A stretch of 17,142 nucleotides of DNA, from contig CDMY01000825.1 in NCBI GenBank assembly GCA_001179505.1, positions 1 to 17,142 of the forward strand, in the 5' to 3' direction. The DNA comes from Vitrella brassicaformis CCMP3155. Lineage: Eukaryota > Protista > Chromerida. Positions 1 to 9,035 of the stretch are shown one piece after another (the first letter of the stretch is position 1; every line of letters starts with the position of its first letter). Under the pieces are notes generated by a model that was not told the origin of the DNA, made no database searches, and saw only the letters and a list, made by a program, of their open reading frames with translations. The position numbers and the translations under genes are program-made.

Positions 1-1
1 G

Positions 2-256
2 CTGACGGACGTCGGTCTCATCAATCTTACCACCGACCAGCTTGAGCCTCCTGAGCGCTTCACGACCATCTTCAGCGCGGAAGGCAATTCGCAAGCCCTT
101 GACCACATTCTGGTCAACAAGGCCTTCTCGAAGCGCGAGTACGAGATCATTCATGTCAACACACCTGACTTGGAAGCTGGATCCTCTGGTCACGATCCAT
201 CTGTGGCTCGCTTACGATTGCCTTACACGAGTGTGTTGACATGGACGATAAAGTGA
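2..256 (+). CDS. 3' end (5'-partial) of an endonuclease/exonuclease/phosphatase (EEP) family nuclease, bacterial ExeM/NucH-like
   Basis: Frame 2 is open from the window edge to TGA at 254-256 and is not in the ORF track. It reads ...PPERFTTIFSAEGNSQALDHILVNKAFSKREYEIIHVNTPDLEAGSSGHDPSVARLRLP..., matching the EEP C-terminal signature G-x-S-x-x-LDHILV ... SDHDP-x-VA. The SDH motif is SGH here. Confidence 0.75.
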   Translation: MTDVGLINLTTDQLEPPERFTTIFSAEGNSQALDHILVNKAFSKREYEIIHVNTPDLEAGSSGHDPSVARLRLPYTSVLTWTIK

Positions 257-506
257 GGTCGCCTGACGTCTTCTCACTTACCTTCGTGCGCCACGAAAGC
301 GCTGCCATGAGAAAGCAACTCGCCTGCTCATGTGTTTATGGGATTTGGAAGGCGCTTTTTCATGCTTATGAACATCTTTTCTATAAGTGTCTTTTCACTG
401 CATCGTGAATGATGGCCGCTGCAGGTATATTTTTTTCGTTTGTACTGGTTCCTGATGTTTAAGGCGTAAGGGTTTCATGGGTCGGTATGTGACAGTAAGA
501 GGCGCT

Positions 507-1934
507 TTACAGAGATGCAGAGAGAGAGCTGCGCAGCATGGACACAGTAGTGAGGGAGAGGGGGAGCGAACTACTAGGCTGCAGGTCAGTGAGGGAGAAG
601 GACCGCCAGCCAGACGTCAGGCCTATGTTGTATGCTGTCACGGACGGTTGTGTTGATAGGAGAGACATCTCAAAGACTGTACGGCAGATGTTTGCATTGT
701 ATTGCATCTGTATGTGGATGCAAGAATCAGGCAAAACCAGTCAGTCGGTCAGCTTCGAATGGCCGACACATACATGGTTATTTTCAAATGATTTGGTTAG
801 TGCCTTGTTTTCTAGTACGGCTGTGCAGATAAGCGGGGGTAGAGACGGGCGAAGTAGATGCTCATTGGATTGCAGATCGCTTTTTGACTAAAGGCAGAAG
901 CTGACTTTGTTGAGGGAGATGACGATGGTTACTGTAGTCGGTGGCACGTCTCATGGCATCTCTCTGATAATGTTAGGATTCTCTTCTTTTTCAACTCTAG
1001 CTTTTATGGCTTGCTGGCGCTGAGGAGAACAGATCAATGAACACGCTTACGTACGTGCAATTCCCTTCAGTAATGTTCCATAAACACTTAGTGTGACAGT
1101 GGCTCGTGGCTTGTGCTTCTGAACGTGCAAGCTGACACCTTCCCTTGATGGACGCTTGATCGGTTCATGTAAAAAACCACTCACAAAGAGCACGTCAGGA
1201 AGTATCTCAGTGAATAAAGGTGCAGAGCAACCGCCTATCACTTGGCACTGTCTTGTCAAAAGGAGTCATCGTACCATTTCTTGTAAGGCGGCCATTCTAC
1301 CTGAACCTTCCGCCCCTCACGAGGTCGAGTCCATGTTTGACACTCCCCCAGCAGAAAGTGAGGCGTCTTCAGCCATTCAGCCTTGAGAGCCTTCCTGCAA
1401 GCGTGCCGACAAAGGGAGCATTTGTCTCGTATCAGCAGTACGTCCCTTCTCCCGAGCTCATTTGGTGCTAACACCTCTATTCTCGAGCGCCCTGACAATC
1501 TGCATAGCCTTGTTGTCTTTCGTGTTCACAATTTTCGACGCCGGCTTCCTCAGATATACCTTCAGATCCTCATCCACAGGTGGATGCCGGCTGGAGCCTT
1601 GAATCAACACCGTGACTTCTTGAACCTGGCACATAAACATGCATAGACAACAGCACACGTGACGAGAAGCCATTTCTGTACTTCTTCGCGCCTTCTTACA
1701 CCAGATCGGATATGTATATAGAGCCCTCTGAAGAGTTACACTTTCAGCTGCAAAAAACGCAGCGAGTTTTTCACAAGCAAAGGCCAATTCAGTTTGTTGG
1801 CATCTCCTCTTGTCCTCTATCGAAATCTGCCCATCCTGGATAGGTGTTTGGAAATCCACGCCTTCCCTACACGCACGCAGGCATACGCAGGCGAGCCCTC
1901 GGGCCTTAGATTGCTTGTGTCTTACTTTGATCAC
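507..1934 (-). pseudogene. Possible decayed spliced gene remnant, product unknown
   Basis: Minus-strand exon-like blocks (GVDFQTPIQDG...ASRH; VQEVTVLIQG...ALENRG; KALKAEWLKTPHFLLGECQTW) are separated by GT..AG segments ending GTGCCAG and CTTGCAG. Joining them needs frameshifts, and no family motif was recognised. Confidence 0.2.
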
Positions 1935-3526
1935 CGCGAGAGCATGGTCCTCCCTTGGTGCGCCCAGCGCTCCACCATACCACCTTCGGGTGCTGGCCGC
2001 CTTTTATGATGGACGATATCTCTCTGTCGACGCTGTGTGCTCCCTCCTGTGTCTCTTCTGTGCTGTCATGCGGCAAGAGGTGGCTGCCCAGTGCCGAGAA
2101 AGGGCGAAGCACACAAGGATGACGCAACACGAGGAGGAACATGAAGAGCGTTCAGCAGAAAAGGAGTGTTTTTCATTGCCTGATTCACCAATGGATGTAG
2201 GCTCACGACTCGAACCGCGGCATTATGCCCGCCACCTTTTCGGTGAAACGCTCCCCCCTCACAGAGTCCCGTCGCATGAGAGCGCGTCACCGACAAGTAT
2301 TCACACAGACAGGAGAAGAAGCAGTCACCCAACCGCCCTCGGCCCTCTTTCTTGACTCCTTCGTCCTAGCACGTGCAACCCCTTGGGAACTCAAGGAGGC
2401 TAAGCGAGAACAGGGCCGAGCCGATTCTCATCCACCCTCTCATTGATGAAAGGCGACTCATGACTCATCGCGGAGGCAGGCCATCCAATATCCCTGTCAC
2501 TCACGTCACGTCAAAAGTTGACTTGTCAAGAACCTCACAACTAGGCGTTCTTGGCTCTGTGCCTCCCTCTCTCGCTGGTAGTCAGGGCTGAGTTCTGCTG
2601 AGATGAGTGGAGCTAGAGCCGTCACAGCCAACACTGCCAGCATCGAGAGAGCGAGGAAGAGGACGTCCCAGCCATACGTGTCGGCGATGTGTGGCAGTCA
2701 GGCTGCCCTGGAGAATCGCACCCACACTACCCAGACGGTTCACAAAACCTGACAGGGACAGAAGATGGCAGCGATGACATGACGCTTGTGTGAGTCTGCT
2801 GAGTGAGTAGATGTGAGGTCACCTGATGCTGTGCCTAACAGCCGCTACCAAACTAGCCGACGCATGGACAGCGGGTAGAGAGACACCTGGAGCAAGAGAG
2901 AGGGGGAGAGACTTGCAGAGCCAAGCATCCAACCGTAAGGGATTCGCTTGAAGCTTGCTCGATCACCCCCAGAGGCCAGTGGACCTTTTTTCGAGAGGAC
3001 GTAATATGTCCACCCGAAGCACTACCTGCAGAGAGAGAGACATACATACAGTCATGTATCGTCTTGTTTACCTCTCCCGCGAGATGTCCGTTCTGTGTGC
3101 TGTAGGGCTGAGCTTTATTGCTCATGCTTTTGCCCTTTTTGACGTGGTCATAGAACTCATCAATTAACGCTTCTCACGCACCAGTTTTGCGCGCCAGGCA
3201 TCTGAGCGAGATCGAATGAGGAGATGCGCAGAGACAGGCAATGCTTGCTGTTCTTATCTATCCTGTCTCTGTAGTCCTCCTGCATCTTGAGCCACGCTTT
3301 CGACGCAAGTTGGCTTTCTTCTACGGTGTGCAGCCAGTGTCGGTCTCCAGCATGGCCATTTAGGCTTCAAACTGCTGCAAGTCAATATACAACCTCAGAT
3401 GCATCGGTGCTATCCATCTGTCATGCAGCGTGGCGTTCCTTCTCTTCAGTCTTGTAGAAAATGCCTCAACTTTCAGTCTGAAGGACGCAGAGACATAAGA
3501 GCCAATGTACGCAGGAAAGAAGTAAA

Positions 3527-3560
3527 GGTCGCCTTTACATTAGGGTCGCCTTTACATTAG
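3527..3560. repeat. Perfect 17-bp tandem duplication (GGTCGCCTTTACATTAG x2)
   Basis: Copies at 3527-3543 and 3544-3560, inside a predicted transposase intron. Confidence 0.95.
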
Positions 3561-4755
3561 TTGCCTCTACCTTAAAGTCGTGAGATCCTCGATGGCCTCA
3601 TTCTGCTTTATGAAGAGCTCCGGATTCCATCCCTGGCGAGTAAGATCAATCGCAATGTGGGGCACACCGCTCGATGGCCAAGAATGATGGTGCGATTGTC
3701 ACCCTGTGGTCGCGCTGACTCGCCGGCGAAACTTGCGTGTGGCCATCAAGGATGAGCTTGACAACTCCCGTCATGTCCCAAATGGTGTCAAGCACGTAAA
3801 GCTGCGACAAATTGACACTAAATGTGATGAGCGAATGGCTTTCACACTCACCTTATGCACAATGACATTGGCATTGTAGTTTCTCAGCTGGACGTCATCC
3901 GACTCGTGAACCTGCTGGGCGAGGCCAACAAGATCAGGTTGAGTGTTAAGGAGCTCCGTCACTTAGACACGATAGTGAGATAACTCACACTGCCTCTTCT
4001 GCTAAAATGGCCCACAAGCTGGAGAGGCATCACCTCCCTGATAAGAGAAAGTGAATCACGAATGCTCCCATGGTGTGCGCAGGTATGCGCAGAGACATAT
4101 TTCATCCAGCCGGAAAGACCGCACATGGCCCGTTTCGAGTAATTCTTGTCGGATTTCTGCAAGCATCACGACGCACCTCCCTCCTTAAGATCATTTCACA
4201 CATAACTGAATGTTGCTTGCACGATCCAGTGCAAAAAGAAGAAACTTGGTTGGTTTCACGGCAAAGGTGGAGAACCCAGGAGTTGAGATGAACGATCAAT
4301 CTCGCACGGTGTGTGTCTCCTTGTATTTCTTAAGTGTCATTGTGTATGACTTCGTCCATCCTGGAAACATCCTGGGAACATGTATGGATACGTGAGAGAC
4401 ACAGATACGCATCTCTGTATGTCTGCATTCAGCCTGAATTTTAGCGCTGGACATTAGATAGGCATAAAATGGCCAGACAAAGGCGTCTCGTTTTATTGTC
4501 CATTCCTGATGCCTTTACACCATCTGCGTTCATTCCTTGACTGCCGTTCCGCGGCTCGGCCGCTTTGCCTTACACCCCAGGTCGCCAAGGAAAAGTGCAG
4601 TTCGGCATGGCGTGCATAGCATTGAGCAGACATATCACCGTTTGCACCTGAACGCGCAAAGACAATTCTCATGCATCCCCAGCACCAGGGTTTGCATGTT
4701 TGAGCACACAAGTCAGAAGGTGTGCGCGCAGCCACTGAATGCACTCTCGGCCCGG

Positions 4756-5121
4756 TCACTCGCTCATATGTGCCTTAATATTTCTCTTCCTAAGTCCCAG
4801 CAAGAACTCCTTTTTGCCGTCGCCCCCCTTGATAGGCGAGTCCACTATCCCCATCACCTCACCCCCTTGCAGCTCTTCCGCGCAAAACGATATGATATCC
4901 TCACACACTCGCCGGTGGATGGCTCCGTCACGGATCACCCCTCGGTAACGCCGTGCCTTTTCCTTCCTGCACTCGAAATGAGGCTTCACCAGCGCTATCA
5001 ACAGACCCGACGCATCATCAACACTATCGACATTGCGCACTCTGACGAGGATGAAGGCTTGACGCCTCGCGGGCGTCGCAGGCGCCGCATCACCCAACAA
5101 AAAACGAACGTCCAGTAAGAT
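4756..5121 (-). pseudogene. tlyA: C-terminal fragment of a TlyA-family rRNA 2'-O-methyltransferase (FtsJ-like)
   Basis: LLDVRF...GLLIALVKPHFECRKEK...GVIRDGAIHRRVCEDII...GIVDSPIKGGDGKKEFLL matches the TlyA motifs DVSF, ALVKPQFE, GVVRD and SPIxGxxGNxEFL. The S4 domain and the SAM-binding DxGASTGGF motif were not recognisable upstream. Confidence 0.8.
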
Positions 5122-5267
5122 AGAAGAACGGAAAACAAGTCGGTGCCCACGTGTGTATGATGTGCCTGCGATGATGATGACGTAACACACAAGTCGCCAA
5201 CCGCTCGCTCCACACTGCATGCAGTCGAAAGACAACACGTGAAGAGAGTAGATAAAGGTATCTCCTT

Positions 5268-5290
5268 TGTGTGTGTGTGTGTGTGTGTGT
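5268..5290. repeat. (TG)n microsatellite
   Basis: Uninterrupted TG run of about 11 units. Confidence 0.95.
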
Positions 5291-5516
5291 CAGCAAAGAG
5301 GAAGTAAAACTTTCATTTAGACTGCACTGCGAACGGAAAAAATGATGTCATCGTAAATGACTGACTGGTCTTCTTTCCGCAGAGCCTGAAATCGAGGATA
5401 GTTAGATTCGTATTTCCACGGGCTCCGTCCAATAGCAATACTGAAATAACGCTGCTGGCAATGTCGTTTTGTGACCATCGACAGATACTGAAGGCTCGTT
5501 GCAGATCGCAGAACAT

Positions 5517-5552
5517 CAGCCAAAGCGAATTACAGGACAGCCAAAGCGAATT
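5517..5552. repeat. 21-bp-period tandem duplication (core CAGCCAAAGCGAATT)
   Basis: Core at 5517-5531 and 5538-5552, in frame within the transposase remnant. Confidence 0.9.
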
Positions 5553-5853
5553 GCAGAACCTTAGCGAAAGTCGAAGATCCTGTGGAGAGGACAAGTATAC
5601 CGTTTTTGGACGAGTTGAATAAAGGAGTGAAAGCACAAGTTTACGGCACGATATCGCGTATTTGGTTCCAGCAAATGTCGACCAACAGGAAGAGAATAGG
5701 GTTCTTGTTTGTTTGCAGTGTTCTGAACCTTTTCATGTTGTTCTTGCTTTCCTTTTCTAACGGAACCTCCAGACTCCTAGTCAAGCCATGCAAGATGTTA
5801 TTGCTTATTGTCAAGCACAAGCAATTACTAATGATCAGATGATCCTATAGTTC

Positions 5854-7153
5854 CATGAGCACGTGATTAACGGAAAGCGCATCGGCACGAAGAGTCCATC
5901 AACAATGCAAACTAAGAACTACACTAGCTGTCCCTCCAATTCAATCACTGTTTGCATGCCCTGCCCGACCACCCACCGAGTCTGTCATACATCATCAACC
6001 CTTCACATGTAGAGTGCACATAAGTGAAGCCCCTGGGGAAGTGGCCGTCAGCGTACGAGACGCAAAGTTCAAACGACGACGCACAAAGGGCGGGATAGCT
6101 GGCACGGATTAGCGCTGAGCTCTTGGGCTTGTGGGAGATGTCGTGCACGGGATGCTCGGCAATGGTGGGTGCCGAAGTGAAGCCCCTGGGGAAGTGGCCG
6201 TCAGCGTACGAGACGCAAAGTTCAAACGACGACGCGCAAAGGGCGGGATAGCTGGCACGGATTAGCGCTGAGCTCTTGGGCTGGTGGGAGATGTCGTGCA
6301 CGGGATGCTCGGCAATGGTGGGTGCCGAAGTGAAGCCCCTGGGGAAGTGGCCGTCAGCGTACGAGACGCAAAGTTCAAACGACGACGCACAAAGGGCGGG
6401 ATAGCTGGCAAAAATTAGCGCTGAGCTCTTGGGCTGGTGGGAGATGTCGTGCACGGGATGCTCGGCAATGGTGGGTGCCGAAGTGAAGCCCCTGGGGAAG
6501 TGGCCGTCAGCGTACGAGACGCAAAGTTCAAACGACGACGCACAAAGGGCGGGATAGCTGGCACGGATTAGCACTGAGCTCTTGGGCTGGTGGGAGATGT
6601 CGTGCACGGGATGCTCGGCAATGTTATTCAGGTAGTTCGGCTGCGTTGAGAAGGGGCAGAAGCGGGTGGCGCATGCAAGCAAGAAGAGAGAGAGGACGAT
6701 TGGACGCACATGGACTGCTGATTCCTGTTGCATGGGCAACTCAGGTCCAGCGCGGCCGACGTAGAATGGCCGCATTGTTCGCTTCTGAGAGACGTGAGGC
6801 GACCCGCACATCGGTAGGGAGCTCGCGATGAGGTGGGCGTGATGGTGGCGCTTGCGTAGCCCACCACAGGCAACGGGAGGAGAAATTCTCCTCACATCGT
6901 GATTTGCGAGCTCACAAGGTCCTATAGTTCCATACGTATCGATAGACAATGTCAAAGAATTGGATCACTGCTGATAATTTCACTGAAAGAATGTGAAACT
7001 ATTGCCTGTCCCGACTTCAAGCTGTAAAGCGAACAACGCAAATTGTGAAGATAATGATACAACATATAGTGTGTTTTCTGACAATGTAGATTATGCATTC
7101 TTGATGGACTCCTCGTGCCGATGCGCTTTCCGTTAACCACGTGTCCCCCCATG
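5854..7153. mobile_element. Non-autonomous TIR element (about 1.3 kb) with internal tandem repeat cargo
   Basis: Inverted repeats at 5860-5909 and 7094-7143 match at 47 of 50 positions. Both ends extend imperfectly to CATG (5854-5857, 7150-7153), flanked by the direct repeat AGTTC (5849-5853, 7154-7158), a candidate 5-bp TSD. No transposase is encoded inside. Confidence 0.7.
6022..6623. repeat. 153-bp tandem repeat, about 3.9 near-identical copies
   Basis: GTGAAGCCCCTGGGGAAG starts at 6024, 6177, 6330 and 6483. Only a few differences separate the copies. Only one of six frames (minus, 51 aa per unit) is open. Confidence 0.97.
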
Positions 7154-8421
7154 AGTTCATTGCATTGATATTTTCACAGTTAATGATTCGTGTTTGTGCT
7201 AGTGAAGATGTTCATATTCATGGACCACACCTGTCTGCGGACGTCAATCACCCAGAGGAATCACTGTGCGTGGAAGCAAACACACCAGCACCACTACGAA
7301 AGAGTCAGTTTGGCTGACATTGTGTGGCAATCCATCAAACTGACATGAGGGCGGCCATCGATAACTATCGAATGGCCGGATACTGACAGTCAGACATAAA
7401 AACCCCGACGAAAAGCAGCATTGTAGGGCGACTGTCTTCGCCTCTCCCTCTCCCTTCCATCTCTATAATACTGACAGGACAGACCCCACTCAGGCTCATG
7501 CACCAGTCAGTGAGCGAAAAATGCTGTCACCAAAAACAGCAGACAAGCAGAGAGAAGAAAAAGAGGCACTGCAAAAGCAGGTAGACAAACGGTATGCAAC
7601 CAATATGATGCATCAATCATTCGGCTACAAAAGGCCAAACTACCGACGGCCACACTGCTGACGAATGAGTGCAGTGTGCGCCACCGCGAAGCTAGACTGT
7701 TCGCCTGTCCCCTCTCCTTTCCGTCCAGACACAGAGACTGCGAAAGCAGACCCCACTCAGTCGCTCGCTCACTCCCTGAAGCTCACCACCAGTCTGTGAG
7801 CACCAAATACAGCACAGACACGAGGGAAGAAGGCAGACAGGCATCGCATCGTGCTTTCCGTCCTCTCACTGACTCTCTGTGTGTGAAGCAGAAGCATGAG
7901 AAGTGCCTATAGCACTGCCTCCTCCACTCAACCACTCATCCCACGCCATTGCTTTCATCAACTCATGTACTCCTGCCTCCCTTGTTCTCACTGCCACCCT
8001 CTCCCCCCTCGTCCAATCCTGTTGCCTACCGATATCACCCAAGCGCCCTAAGCTTGGGGCACCTAGAAGAGTAAGCTTACGGGCTGATCAACGCCAAAAA
8101 AGCCCTCCAGGTCCCACCACAGGAAGAGGCAGGCAGGCATCCATTCATGGTAGAAAAAGCAGGGTCAGCAAGTGTCGAATAAGAAACTCCTGAATACTGC
8201 TGACTACTGCAGACCGCGGTTTTCATACTCATGCGCTCATCATTAAGAGCCTCATTCACTGGCCAAAAAAGACCCCGACACACACCTCAAAGGAAACGAG
8301 TGAGGCAGTTACATAGAGAAACCATACCTGATCAAAAAAGTAAGGCGGCGTTTAGGATATGGATGTCCCTTTTGCGTCTCTCTGAAAAACTTTAGTGAGA
8401 ACTGATCAATGCATACGACAA

Positions 8422-8885
8422 GCAAGCACGCATTGCTTTTTCCACCAGCGTACACAAGTATGCACCATGGCACACAAGTCACCATTGCCCGACAAAAGCA
8501 CACGCTTTTGCCCACATTGAAAGGACTCAAGAACGTACGCACGCAGGTATGCAACGCAAGCACGATCAAGTATCGTCTGCCCCCCCTCTCTCCAGCCATA
8601 GAAAGCAAGTGTGCATTCGCTCCACACACTTAGAAGCAAGCACACATCTATGCATCTACGCATCAGTCCCTCCTCACATACACAAGCAAGCATGCAGAGT
8701 CCGCACCTCTCCCTTCTGCATCGTGTGTTGTTCTCGTCTGTTCCCCTCTCGCTATGCAAAGCAAGCACGCATCGTCTGCACGCAAGCGCAAGCACGCATG
8801 CATCGGTTGCGCCCAAATCGTTAGACCGCAACCTTCTCGGCGTAAGAAAAGCAAGCACGCATGGAAGTCAGTGAGCAAACACGCA
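8422..8885. repeat. Cluster of dispersed GCAAGCACGC-like motifs
   Basis: About 8 copies at 8422, 8556, 8636, 8686, 8761, 8788, 8851 and 8876, with irregular spacing. Confidence 0.7.
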
Positions 8886-9035
8886 AGAAAAGAAGGCACA
8901 TAGGCATGGTGCTATCCATCCCTGAAACACATACAAAACGATGGCTTTGACTCCCCATGCATTCACTCATACTTACGCCCTTTCTTACACCCACGCACGT
9001 ACTCCTATCCCCTTCTCCCCCCCGGCACAGTGAGG

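Larger units (their letters stand above)
2900..5790 (-). mobile_element. Degenerate intron-containing hAT-superfamily transposase (pseudogene)
   Basis: The reconstruction gives hAT landmarks in the expected order: YFSIAI/DGARGNTNL (first D, ~5420-5450), ETHT..FAVKPTKFLLFALDRASNI (second D, ~4210-4320), AHTCAHHGSIRDSLSLIREV..HFSRR (CxxH-like region, ~4000-4100), LYVLDTIWDMTGVVKLILDG..RVTIAP, and SKLQANPLRLDAWL (dimerisation-domain-like, ~2920-2960). In-phase GT-AG introns lie at 3802-3851 and 3478-3570. There are many stops and frameshifts. Element termini were not found. Confidence 0.6.

Noticed and set aside
2174-2200. HCLIHQ, resembling a hAT CxxH motif on the plus strand
   Set aside because: A stop follows within three codons and no other hAT motifs flank it in that orientation.
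3540-3545. TTAGGG telomere-like hexamer
   Set aside because: A single occurrence created by the junction of the 17-bp duplication.
5945-6955. 336-aa ORF as a complete gene
   Set aside because: It has a non-ATG start, most of its length comes from the 153-bp repeat, it includes intron-like sequence, and it lies inside a TIR element.
7352-7378. GC-rich hairpin CGGCCATCGAT-AACT-ATCGAATGGCCG as a Helitron end or terminator
   Set aside because: No CTRR followed by T at the usual distance on either strand, and no U-tract.
8077-8858. Possible minus-strand exon remnants (YVLESFQCGQKRVLLSGNGD; FSLKFFRETQKGHPYPKRRL)
   Set aside because: Some splice-like signals are present, but there is no consistent frame or family motif, and the region is low-complexity.
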